NCBI GenBank assembly: GCA_964106915.2
Contig: OZ066919.1
Reading direction: 5' to 3' (one strand)
Origin: Podarcis gaigeae
Taxonomy: Eukaryota
Length of the DNA: 64,000 bases
The stretch's first letter is position 1, and each line of letters opens with the position of its first letter. A program made the translations under genes and the position numbers. Shown piece by piece: positions 38,681-51,300 of this stretch. The notes under the pieces were generated by a model. It was not told where the DNA came from. It searched no databases and saw only the letters and a program-made list of their open reading frames with translations.

Positions 38681-39036
38681 CAGTGGTGCCCCGCAAGACG
38701 AACGCCTCGCAAGACGAAAAACCTGCTAGACGAAAGGGTTTTTCTGTTTTGGAGGTGCTTCGCAAAACGAATTTCCCTATGGGGTTGCTTCACAAGACGA
38801 AAAAATCTTGCGTCCCCCAGCGGTTTTTTTTTGCTTTTTTTGCCCTTTTCCTAAGCCGCTAAGCCGCTTATCAGCTGTTCCGCTGATAAGCCGCTTAACA
38901 GCTGATCGCTGGAAGCCGCTTGACAGCTCTAGCACTAATCCGCTAAGCTGTCAATGGGCTTGCTTCGCAAGACGAAAAAACCGCTAGACGAAGAGAATCG
39001 CGGAACGGATTAATTTCGTCTAGCGAGGCACCACTG
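38681..39036. mobile_element. Tc1/mariner (Tigger-like) MITE, family C, young
   Basis: TA+cagtggtgcc...ggcaccactg+TA; multiple cgcaagacgaa subterminal repeats; CpGs intact. Confidence 0.93.
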
Positions 39037-39331
39037 TATATTTTCTGCTGTTCTAGTTATATATTTGGATGCCACCGTGGGCTCCCTTTAGGAAGAAGGA
39101 CAGTGCACAAATGCCTTGAACTAAATAAAATAAACAATATAAACCCAAGTCTTGTATTTAGTAGCTGATATTCCTGAATACCATTAAACATATTTATACT
39201 TTAGGAATGCAAAATATAAAGCCATTTTACATGCATCATAACCGTTTGTACACTAACATGCCTATATGTTTGATTTATGGTACAGATGTTAAGACACAAT
39301 GGCTGAGGAGTGTGATTTCCTTTCAGCAAGT

Positions 39332-39555
39332 TAGAATCATAGAGTTGGAAGGGATCCCAAGGGTCATCTAGTCCAACCCCCTGCAATGGAGGAATCTCAG
39401 CTAGAGCATCAATGACAGATGGCCGTTCAACCTCTGCTTAAAAACCTCCAAGGAAGGAGAGTCCACAACCTCACAAGGGAGTCCGTTCCATGGCTGAACA
39501 GCTCTCAGAAAGTTCTTCCTGATGTTTTAGTCAGAACCTCCTTTCTTGTAACTTG
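39332..39555 (-). mobile_element. CR1 LINE 3' end
   Basis: Reverse complement of about 18580-18805 (tagaatcatagagttggaagggatccc...). Confidence 0.95.
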
Positions 39556-42500
39556 TGAACATCCTTAGCTTGTCAATATCCTTCGTTCTTGAAGTTCCAT
39601 TGGACGTAGTAGAACTACGCTAGTCTAGACAGCCATTGTGGATTCCCCTGCAGATGCAAACTAGGTAGCCAGCTCCATCCTACCACTTGCGTTTGTGTAT
39701 CTAAATCTCTGGCTACCACGTTCAAAGCAGAAGGAACTGGTGCATGTTGGGTAGGTGGGTGGTCTGACATCTTTGTGTTTCAGAGTTGATGTATTAAAAC
39801 ACAGAGCCAAATTGTAATAATTTTTTTGACACAGGAGCAAGAAAATCCAATGCTAAATGTGGTAAATGTTAGAAAATTTCAGACTTGGAAAGAGTTAAAT
39901 GCATTACTTGGAACTTGATATATAAATTATGGCTAAAGCAGGATATGGGCTGGGGCACTTGATTATTCTTTTATCGATAAATAAGAGTGGCATACAGTTA
40001 ATTTCAGCACTGTAATTGAGCAGTGCATTCTGGGAAGCTGAAAAGCACTGTAAGATGAGGAAATGTTTTAGAGACTAATCATGAGAAGAAAGAAGCCTTT
40101 CATAGCCCATATGATGCTGTTGTCAGAACTAAAGGCAGATAATGATTCCATAATAATGGCACATTGTGAATATTTAAGCTGGGACAAAATGAGCAGACAT
40201 TGTTAGTCTGAAAAACTGAACAGTTGGGTCTTTGGGTTTCAGGAACTTGCAAAACTTACACGGAAACATTTTGCTCTAAAAAGTTTAAATATAAAGGCAG
40301 ACAACATTTATCTGAGACTTATACCAAGAAAAGGGTGGCACGTAAAGTTTGGACATGGCCTCTTAGTTTGTATTTTCCCATTCTGCGCGTGATAGTCATG
40401 AGCTTTAAACATTACACAGTGTCTTAAAAAAAATAATTAGTGTTAGCCATGATCTACAATATTGAATATACAATAGAGACTATCATATTGCAAATAAGTG
40501 GACTAATTTGCATATATCCCCAGGATGTCATGAATCCTATAAAGAACCCTACAGCTGGATTATAGATGTTGTCTTTGTTCTTCGTTAGTGTAGTTGAGCT
40601 TCCTTTCTTTAAACAGAAGTTAAATATAGTTTCACAGCTTTTCATATGTTTGGGAATGTTACCAAGAACCTTGGCCTCTGCAACCTTATTTAATTTCAGA
40701 GCCAATGGCAAAAAATTAGGGATACATGCTGTTTTCTTAAGTAACAAAGACATGCTGGTTTCAACTAGCATTGGATTTGTCAAGCCCGGTCCAGATTTGG
40801 ACAGATACCCCACAGATTGAATTCCTTTAGATAACCTTTTTTCTGTTTAGAGGGCACAGCTTGGAAGTAGAGAGTAAAAAAAAACTCCCACTCAATATAA
40901 TTGGGTTAATTCTGTGACAATAATTAGCTTCTTATGAAGTTTATATTTGCTCAAACATGTTTACATTTATTTTGTCCAATAGCATAAATAAACAGTTCCA
41001 GATCTTATTTTTTCTTTTGTTTTGTACCCCACAAAAACAATGGAATTGCATTCCTAACTGCTATTCTTTGAGGATACTCAGTTTTCAAAATACATTGATC
41101 CAGTATTTACAGTAAATAAAAATACTTCAAAACTAAAGGATTCCTCCCATTTTGAACAGATTTTTCTATTTGCAAGTACCAGAAGGTTTACAGTAATATT
41201 AAATTTGGGTGCACATGGTTCACATCTCTGCTTACTGGGCTAGACCTTGTAGATTAATAATATATATACTAATGTTCAGTTTCAAAAAGATTGTGGTTTT
41301 AGCTGGTATAAATTTGGCACAAGATATGTGGTTTATTCAGCAACACATAAAGCAAGGTACCCTACTTCTCTTACAGTAGGCATCTTGAAATAATGTATCA
41401 CATTGCATTCACCAAATGCATTTTTTAAAGAAGTTGAGAGCTTCCTTTGGCTCAAGACATGGGCTAGGCCAGGTCTGTATATCTTAACAGGCAAATTCAC
41501 CTTTCCCAGCATATATACAGGAGGCTCAATAGACCTCCTGGTTTTGCAGCCATAAAAATAGTCGGGTAAGTTATGCACCTGACAGGCCACCATACATGGT
41601 TTGATGTGGCAAGAGTTGTGCAGTTTTTGGCTAGGGGGAAGAGCAAATAATATATTTCTTGCTTTAAGATGAATACCTAGGTATTAACAAAGATCCTGCA
41701 AAAAATGAGGGAATTTCTCCTGAGCACACCTACATTTTCACATAATATGAAACCAGGATTTAGTGTGATGTGCACAAGCCACTGTGTGTACTCAGCTCCA
41801 CTTTCCTACTCTTGCATGGTTGAGAGGAGGACGTCAGAAACTTTTATTCTGTTTCCCCGAAACATGGCTTGTAGTCCGAACAGTGCATCATGTTTTAACA
41901 CTAACTAACTGTAGATAGATTTAAAACAAGTCCGCTTCAAACCATTATTTATGAAGTTTTCTTCTTTAAACTAACCATAGTTCTTGTAAACCATGACCCC
42001 CAGTTTGGATGAAACAGCAAGCCACAGTACAAAATTTCGAAGTCCTCCTTTCCATCATGTAGGCGGAAGGCGTGGAGAGCATGCAAGATTTGCTTCAGCT
42101 TGTGTTCATCACAATAAACAGTCATTTAATACTGTATGCAAATACAACCAATAGAACGTAAGGTATAGTGGGAACTCAGCCAATGTACGGAAAGGGAAAT
42201 TGGGAGCAGAGGATAGATCTGCCTGATCTATCCTAATCATGATAATGTACAAAATGAGGGGCCAGAAGAACTGGCCTCTAAGTATGCTGCCAGTTATCTG
42301 TGCAGCTGGACACGACCAAAGATTTATAATTCAGAGATGCCAACAGATTAAAGCTGCAGCTTTTGTGATATTTTCTATACCAGTAGATTTACTTCCAAGA
42401 AAATATGACTGGACTGGTAAAATTTCACCAAGCTTCTTTAAAAGTGTTTTTCTTTGGGGGGGGGAGGGACAGAAACTGCCCGCCCTTTTTTGAGTACATG

Positions 42501-43574
42501 TTGATTTTATAATAATTTTATAGGTTTAGTTTACATCAGGATGTTCAGATATTCCTGTGGTCTATTTGGCACAAATACCATATTTTCTTGAATGGAAAAG
42601 GCTGTGCAACCTCTGAACAGAAAACAAAAATGCCCACTGAGGAATGGTTCCCCGGATGTGGTTCAAGAGGAACTGAATCCAAAAATGACCAGAGCCATGC
42701 TTCTCTTATACTTGCACTCCTTAGCACTGCACAGAAACAGCTTGCCTGTTGCGGTGGGTAGGAGTCCTCCTGACAAGTAAATCGTCTGACGAGTAAACCT
42801 ATCCTGCCACTTAACCAGAGCCCTTTCTCGCACATTTTTCACGGGTCTCTTGCAATGTGGAATGAAAGCCCAGAAATACCACTGTGGGAACTTATTGGGA
42901 CAAAGAAGGTTTGAGTAGAGAATAGGAAGAAAAAACATCGTGTGGGTAGAATGGTTGGATTAGTTCATGCCACGACATGCCCGCTTCACATCATTTATCA
43001 CAGCTAGTAAAAAAAAGGGGGAAAGGTTTAGAAAATTTGTTGGCCAGCTGTTTAGAATTTAGCAGTGAATTGCTCATTCTTATGCAGACTATTTTCCTTT
43101 ACTTTTAAACTAGGTGTAATGGGTTTAAATGACTGCCTGAGGTCAATAATGACCTGGATGAGAGTGAATGAATTGATATCCAATTCAAATAACACATGAC
43201 AAATGTTACTAGACTTGGGAAGCAGTATAAATGATTGATTGGGGTCGTATCACATCCTTCCCACAAGTGCAGGTTTGGTGTTTGGTAGTGCAGCTGGATC
43301 AAGCCCTTCTCTGGATTTACTCAGTGGGAGCATATAATACTAATCTTGCAAGAACCCCACTGGTTAAGAATTCCCAGACCTGGGAATAGTGCTTCAACCT
43401 ATTTGTAATCGGTTTGAAGGCCTAGATTTGCTGTTTGGATGGATCCAACGATGGGACCAGATATCTAGGTGGCAGGGGTTACCAGATCTTTGTGTGGCTG
43501 ATGTTTGTGTGCCAACTCTGTTCATTCTGGAGGTGCCAGATCTGGTGGTGATAATGCCTTAGTTCCATCTTGTT

Positions 43575-43930
43575 TGATATGTGGAGCTATCTCTGAAAAG
43601 TGTTCAGAAACTTCAGCTGGTTAAACATGCTACAGCCACACTGGAGCCAGCTGTTAGAAACATACTACCTACCTGCCCCACCTACCACCATTAAAACATT
43701 TTCACCAGTCCATTTCTGGGCACAGTTGAAGGTGCTGATTAAAACCCTAAATAGCTGAGGATCAAGGTAGCTAAATAACTTCCTTCTCCCATACGAACCT
43801 CTCTGGTTTCCAGGAAACTCCTTATTTCTGCCTTTCCAGTGTCTGTTACTTGCCTGAAATGTCGTTTTTAGAGAAACCCATCTAGCCCCTTTATTAATGA
43901 ACTTCTGCCAATGGCCAAAGACCTTTCTTT
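43575..43930 (+). mobile_element. L2 LINE ORF2 C-terminal fragment
   Basis: YVELSLKSVQKLQLVKHATA...AQLKVL; cccatacgaacc motif. Confidence 0.75.
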
Positions 43931-43954
43931 GTTTTAAAATGTCTTTACTTGCCT

Positions 43955-44058
43955 AAGATCCAGGACAATATGCCGCCTTTCGGAAATTCCACCCCAGACA
44001 TCAATTCCACCATTGCAATCTCAATAGTGTCTGGGAAAATCCGGACATACGGCAGACT
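43955..44058. mobile_element. hAT-Blackjack-like MITE end
   Basis: gggaaaatccggacatacggca resembles the ...ggacgtatggcaaccct terminus; CpG-retaining insert within an L2 tail. Confidence 0.5.
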
Positions 44059-44224
44059 GTTGTTCTGTTTTCTTCTTCTGTTATACCGGATTGGTTTTAT
44101 ATGCTCTTGTACTGTATTCTATGTATTGTTTTTAATTTAGTCTTCTGAGGATCTGTTTTTGTACTATTATAAGCCACCTTGATTTCTAATGCGGAAAGTT
44201 TAAGAATGAATTAACATTTTGAGA

Positions 44225-44630
44225 ACACATTCAAGGTGCTAGTTCTTACCTCTTAAAACCCTATATAGGCTTGGTCTAGATTACCAGAGTGAATGCCATA
44301 TGTGAGTGCCTTTTGCCATATGTACTACTTCATGTGCTAAATGCAGCAATGTGATTTTCTTGCAGGTGCTTCTTGTGTTGTCGGCATGATTGTTTAATAG
44401 AACTTTATTGACTCTTCCTGAGATTTGCTGAATCTTAAGAGCTTTGGCCAGCCAGGTGTGCCATTAAGACTTCTTTTATTATAGTCTATTAATTTACTTT
44501 TGTCATCTGTGATGTCATATATCAGTTTTCGCTGCTGGACTTTTATTGTTTTTTATTGTTTTTTGTTCTTGATTTACTGCTTTTTTATTTTCTGCTTTGA
44601 GAATATTCACCTGAAGAGTGGATTTCAAAC
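44225..44630 (+). mobile_element. Degenerate L2 3' fragment
   Basis: ttcaaggtgctagttcttacc (FKVLVLT) then aaaaccctatataggcttggt; T-rich 3' UTR. Confidence 0.55.
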
Positions 44631-45992
44631 CCTGTCATTTTTATAAAAATTGATGTAGATGCAGTCCCAGTGTCTTCAGAATTGGTTTGTTTTTGGCTTT
44701 AATGTAAAATTCCTGTTATGGAGCCTAATGTTGAATAAAGTGAGTAAACTGGAGAAAGGGTGGTCACCCGAGGAGCAAAAAAATGTATTTTTTTTTAACC
44801 CTGTGAAATATTTCAGCATTTCTTTTTGAGTAAAAATAAAAGAGCAAAATCATTGATATTTTAGGGGAAATTTTCTTTTAAAACCTGTATGCCTAATGCT
44901 CTGAATGAAATGCCTGCTCAAGAGCCTAGGAAAGCTTCCTGGGAAGAGCAAAACAATCCAAGCCATATGTATTGGGCAGTTTGCCAATATGCCTAAGCCA
45001 CCTGGCTATATGCGCAGCCAAGTATGCCGTTCTGACTAGCCAGCTTTAACCTTCAGGCAGCTTTCTTTTTTTTAGCTCTTAGAAAGCTCTAAAGACCTCC
45101 TCATTGCATCCCACATCTCCACTGCCAGTAGTTTGTGCACAGACAGGCTCTGTAGTTTATACTAGCCAGACAGCTCTCAGCACCCATTCTGAATGTGTTT
45201 CTTTTGTCTGGAGAGCAGTTCAGTCGTGTTGAACCAGGGCCATAATATGAGTGTGGGGATAGCAGACTGAAACCTTTACCCATATGCCACTGTGTTATTC
45301 CCAAGACTGTAGAGACTCCATTTTGTAAGTAGATCCTATCAAACATTTTTGTTTGCCTCTTTTATTATAGAACATTTGCATGCATGTTCTGCAAATACTA
45401 AACTAGTTAGATGTAGCTTAGGTATTTATGCATGGATGCCTTATTGATGCTAACTTTTTGGCATTTATTTTTGAATTACACGGTGAGATACTTTAGGAGA
45501 CCAATAAAGGGGTTGAGAGAATAATCCAGTTCAGCAATTATTTGATAAAATGCAGCTATGATTAATGTTGAAACAAGTAGGAGTAATAGTTATCGTTGTG
45601 TAGGAAGTTATATAATGCAACTCTGCAAAATAATTTGTAGGCTGTATCTTTCTAATCCCGGAAGCAGTGCCATGAAATAAGATCACTTTTACCCATTTTG
45701 TTGATGGGAAATGGAAGTTGAATGTTGGGAGCACACTTACCGGTATGTGTTGTCAGGTAGTAAATTTTTTGCTCATCTAGGATTTCCCCTGCATCTCCAG
45801 AGTCCAACTCACTCTTTCCCTAACAATAAACAAAATCTTAGGTGGGTTTTCTCATTCTAAGGGTGTCTTAATTTATGGTCTTTAAATGTAAGACAAACAG
45901 AAATGGAGCCATGGAGTTTTTCCTCAGTAGCAGTAATCATCACAAAAGTACCTACTGAATGAATGACTTTACAGGTTGTGCTTCCGTTTTGC

Positions 45993-46245
45993 AAGAAGAA
46001 GAAGAAGAAGAAGAAGAGTTTGGATTTGATATCCCGCCTTTCACTCCCTTTAAGGAGTCTCAAAGTGGCTAACATTCTCCTTTCCCTTCCTCCCCCACAA
46101 CAAACACTCTGTGAGGTGAGTGGGGCTGAAAGACTTCAGAGAAGTGTGACTGGCCCAAGGTCACGCAGCAGCTGCATGTGGATGAGCGGAGACGCAAATG
46201 CGGTTCCCCAGATTACGAGACTACCGCTCTTAACCACTACACCAC
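45993..46245 (-). mobile_element. Younger MIR-like lacertid SINE with (CTT)n tail
   Basis: (AAG)n 45993-46018; cacaacaaacactctgtgaggtg...gactggcccaaggtcac...ctcttaaccactacaccac. Confidence 0.85.
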
Positions 46246-46618
46246 CACAGCCCTTGTTAAGAACTGAGGCTTGAGGTGAGCATTTGACCACAAAAACTGG
46301 GCCTGACTTGCTTATGTGCCTTTAACAGCAGCTTGAGATGCTGAAATCACCTCATGAAGCTTTTCACATTGTGGAGACAAGAATCATGACCTGCTAATAT
46401 GCATGGATGAATCTGCTTTTAAAGGCACACCTAAACAGGCAAGACAAAAAGTTAGCAACATTGCTTGAATTTGTGGTTTTAGGATGAAAGCACCAATCAG
46501 TGCTTGCATGACACAGAACAGCTGTGCAGTCCTGCCACCCTCTCACTAACGCCTGACTCACCTGTATGCTTTTACAATCATACCAAAGTAATTATGGTCC
46601 CCTCCTCTCTCATGAACA

Positions 46619-47054
46619 GGGTGTGGGTGGCGCTGTGGGTTAAACCACAGAGCCTAGGGCTTGCCGATCAAAAGGTCGGTGGTTCGAATCCCCGCAACGG
46701 GGTGAGCTCCCATTGCTCGGTCCCTGCTTCTGCCAACCTAGCAGTTTGAAAGCACGTCAAAGTGCAAGTAGATAAATAGGTACCGCTCCGGCGGGAAGGT
46801 AAACGGCGTTTACGTGCGCTGCTCTGGTTTGCCAAAAGTCAAAGTACAAGTAGATAAATAGGTACCGCTCCGGCGGGAAGGTAAACGGCGTTTATGTGCG
46901 CTGCTCTGGTTTGCCAAAAGCGGCTTAGTCATGCTGGCCACATGACCCGGAAGCTGTACTCTGGCTCCCTCGGCCAGTAAAATGAGATGAGTGCCGCAAC
47001 CCCAGAGTCGGCCACAACTGGACCTAACAGTCAGGGGTCCCTTTACCTTTTACC
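46619..47054 (+). mobile_element. Sauria SINE (Squam1), full length with internal 82-bp duplication
   Basis: A-box ggtggcgctgtgg, B-box ggttcgaatcc, body aagtagataaataggtacc, tail (acctt)n; TSD tctcatgaaca / tctcatgagaa. Confidence 0.95.
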
Positions 47055-47503
47055 TCTCATGAGAAAAGATGGCTAATGTGCACAAAATTATTGGAGTATT
47101 GTATATATACGTAGCTGGAAGTAGGTTGTCACTTTTTTATGGACAAAGAAGAGTCAGTGTATTTTAAGCCATATTCTCACATTTCTTGCATGAAGAGGGT
47201 AAGCATAGATACAGGAGCTGTGAGGCCCAACCTCCCAGAGGCACACAGCTTCTCCTGTTCCTGCCACCACCTTCTTTTCCATAATTTCTGCAGCAAGAAG
47301 ATTGCTTTACACATTGGTGGTCACTGCACGATGTAGGCCTTTTGGGTGATAAGCTTTCAAAATCATGTGGGGAGCCTGCATGCATAGATCAGGCTCCTAC
47401 TTCAGAAATTGTGACAAACACGGCAATGGCGGAGGCAGAGGAGATGCAAAACCTTGGGGGGGGGGTCAACTACATGGCCTCACAGCCCCTTTTGCTACAC
47501 TTG

Positions 47504-47715
47504 CAGTGGTACCTCGAGTTACAAGCGCGTTGGGTTACAATCTCCGCTAACCTCGAGTTGAGAACTTTGCCCCAGGATGAGAACAGAAATCGTGTGCCAG
47601 CGGCGCAACGGCAGCAAGAGGCCCCATTAGCGAAAGCACGCCTCTAGTTAAGAAGAGTTTCAGGTTAAGAACGGACCTCCGGAACGAATTAAGTTCGTAA
47701 CTAGAGGTACCACTG
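47504..47715 (+). mobile_element. Tc1/mariner MITE, family A
   Basis: TIRs cagtggtacctc / gaggtaccactg; colinear with the 13673 copy. Confidence 0.92.
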
Positions 47716-48337
47716 TACCTTCTTTACATACGAAACACGTGAAGAGGGCTTTAATATCAGCACTAGAATACTATAGGTAACAGTTTCCCAATCATTGGCT
47801 CGCCACTGCTGGAGGAAACTCCGACTGTTGATTTCTGCAGAGTAGTTCAATGAGCTTCTGTCCATTCAAAAGTGACAACTCAAGGTTAGTTGACATGTCC
47901 TGCTGCAGGATTAATAAAGCATTTTGCAAGAAGACCCTAACAAATAATTTTGTTTTGCCTCTGTCCTTTTGAAATAAATGCATGCCGTTTTGATATACTT
48001 GTCAACCTGCTAGGGATGGGTAGGTTCCCTCTCTCTCCCTAATAAAAGGTGCATTTTGTCATAAACCAGCAAATGTTAAATTTGTAAATCTCTTTTCCTG
48101 TATCTCGTAATTAACCTTTTCCTTTTATCAGTATTCTGTTTGCTGTGAAATGGACATTTTTCACTCAGTGTCTATTTCATTTCAGCCAGTTAATGGTGCA
48201 CCAATATTCATCCAGAGTCCCACCAATTGTCTCTGTCAAAATTATGTACAATGTAACTCTCCCAGTATAAGCAGGGACAAGGGGTGTGATTTCCTTTTTC
48301 AGAATACTACCAAGTGGAACACACAGACAAGGTGCTC

Positions 48338-48381
48338 TGTGTGTGTGCGCGCGTGCGTGTGTGTGTGTGTGTGTGTGTGTG
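48338..48381. repeat. (GT)n/(GC)n alternating purine-pyrimidine microsatellite
   Basis: tgtgtgtgtgcgcgcgtgcgtgtgtg... Confidence 0.95.
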
Positions 48382-51300
48382 CATAGGTATGATATTCAGG
48401 TTGTTATATCAGGGAATTTTTGAAAATGAAGCTGGTTAGCTGTGCTCTAAACATATGGCACAGTTTCACAAACAGATTGATGAAGAAACCAATTCTGATT
48501 TTACTTTGGGGTCAATTCACTAGTGAGTATAAAGCAATGCAAAAAATTCTTTTAAAAATTATGAGTTGTCTTCAGCCAGATTTTCTCTGCTTTAACCTAA
48601 GGATTCCTTTCTGTGTGCATTGATATACATTTTATATTTAAAGTACACAAATGGTCAGTTAAAGTAGTGGCTCTGCAGGCATTAGTTTTTGGGTTCCAGA
48701 TTGCTTTCATTTGTATTGTGGGTTAGGTAGCTCTCCAGCTGCAGATAGGGACTGGGCTTTAGTCTTAATAACTTGTTTTCCAGATTTGAAAATTAGATAA
48801 ACTGCTAACTATGTCACCTAGGTTTGCTTCAGTTAACTTTGAATTAGTTTTAAAACTTTGTAACTTAATTCAGAGAACCGTACAATGGTTACACACAAGC
48901 ACATAATAGCAGAGTTTTGAAATAAAAATCCACTTCAGGAAGGGGCCAATTTATAACATAGAAGTGTCAGCTAAAGTTTGCTGAACCCTTCACATGTCCA
49001 CTGCTACACTTCAAATCAGCTCTTGAAACTGCTTTTCTTTCCTTCTGCATTTTCTAATTGTGTGTTTCCAAACATCTAAATGCATCACTGTGTTTTGGCT
49101 AGGAATTACTTCATAAATTGGTGGGGGGGGGTGTGTCCAAAAAGGCCAAACAGAGCCTATCAACTCTGTCTTGCTTCCCATACTTCAAGAATACACTTCA
49201 TCAGTAGCAAGCATTAGCACATAACACCATGTATATCATTACAGCTTCAACTTGTTGTTGTGTCAAGTCACAACAAAATTTCTACAATATTTAGTGTAGA
49301 AAACTTGCAGCCCTCCCCATGTGTGATACACAGGTCTATATTGCATTTAAAATAATTGTTTCCCAGAACTGAGCATTTTGTTATACAATTAATATGTAGA
49401 ATAGTAGGAACTTGAAATACGAGTTATAGAGAGAGAGCAACAACACAGTGTAGCTATTGAGGAAGATTTCAGCCAAGTAAGTGGTTTTGAGCGTTTTTGT
49501 GCACTAGAATAATGGCATTATTTAAGTTCAGGGTTTGCTAACAAACAAAATCTAGCATGTTATTGTTACAATTCTGATGCCTCAACGTATTTTTGTTAGA
49601 GATACTTATTCAAAAGGTTATCTGTTTAGGTTTCCTCATGTGCTAACAGTATATAAAATATGTACAAGGATTTACACTCACACCATACTCTGTAGAAATG
49701 GAGGGAGGAATGTTTCTCTAGTGGTGTAGCATGGGACTCTGAATCTTTCCTGGATTTTGAACACTGGCCAAGCTGTTTCAAAATCAGATATCAAAACATT
49801 AGGATACAAATGCATTTTAATTTGTTCTTGAATTATGAAGGAATAAAGATCAGCAGTATTTTATTTCTCGTTGTCTCTCTGATCTTTTGATGGAAGGATG
49901 CCTTAGTTAAGCTTTCATAAATATTTGTATATAATTATTAACCCTACAGCTCTGCCTCCTTTTCCATTTAAAACCCACTCACAGCCAGTTACTTTTTATA
50001 AAGAAAGAGGAGAGAATGGCTGCACCCATGGAATGAATCCTGAGCTAACCTTGTAGGGGATTGCTGAGTGCCCACCTACCCAATCCTACCCAGCTGTCAT
50101 TGCTGCACCAATGTTGAAGCTGGGCAATGTCCACCATCGGAACTATAGGATTAAGTGTCCCTTTGAGCCAGTCTTGTCAGTTACCTATCCATCCCTGTAA
50201 ATGTCCCAAAGAACTGTTTGAAATTTCAGGCTGCAGTCCTATACGGTCCCATTGAATACAGTGACATGGGCATTATTAGTCTTTGTTGTTCTTAGTTTCT
50301 CTCTTGTTTTAATGGTAGCAGTTTGATTTAAGGCTGTTGTTTAAACCTTCTTGAAGACTAGGATTCACATTTGTTTCTTAGAAATAGTTAAGAAAGTCAG
50401 ATATATTCAAGTACCACTGAGACACAAATAGGTTTATTTGTATTGTTTGGAAGTCCACCTACCTACAGTAAGGGAGCTTGTTTTGGGATCTCGACAGATC
50501 ACAGTGGAATTCACTAGCTAATCATTCCCCACTACAGAATATCTGCCTTCAGCTTGAATTATCTTGTGCAGACATCCTGGCTAGCTGCAGTGCAAACTTC
50601 TGATGCCTTTAGCCTGAGAAGACCTGGGTTTGGCAGCCAATAAGTTAGAGACAAGGGTGGGGAAAAGAAATCCTATCTTTTCTGGGGCCTTTTCCTTCTT
50701 GGTTTCCCTTGTAAAAATCAATATATATGATCAATGGTTGGTTTTGAGTTGTTCACGACATGCTGAAGTATTTCAGATGTAAACGGTGAGTGTCTGGGTT
50801 TCAGACATTATAATGTGTCAAAGGAGCTTTGATAGCTGCTATAGTCATCCCAGATTACATTTTATTTCCAGTGACAGGCTTTGTAAGATGAGAAGGGAAG
50901 AAATTCAACATTTCTAAGTACAGATCAATTTTACACTACTGCAATAGCTGAGGAGCAAATTTTTTGAGAAGCCAGTTCTGTTTAAACAGTTGAACGTACA
51001 TTTAATTCAAAGGTGATGTGATTTTCTCCATTTCCTTCACCCACCCATTTCAGCATAACATAAACTTTTTGCGAAGCAAAAACCAGCAACACTTGGATAA
51101 AGGGAAATATCTATTAAAACAGTTGCTTCATTTACACACTGAGTTGCTGATATGGAAATATATGGCTGGCAAACATTAAGTCTGGATAAATAGGAACACT
51201 GAGTACCATCTTCAGACAATCTTGTTTTGTAGATAAACCCAAGTGGGAACCTCTGACAAAATGTTTTTTTGGATTAAATAGCATCCCTTTAAGGCTTGAT

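Noticed and set aside
38681-39036. Spaced short repeats resembling a CRISPR array
   Set aside because: Irregular spacing, bounded by TIRs with TA duplication, in a vertebrate genome; these are MITE subterminal repeats
46619-46700. tRNA-like A and B boxes
   Set aside because: Head of the Sauria SINE, not a tRNA gene; the same holds for 4762 and 27958
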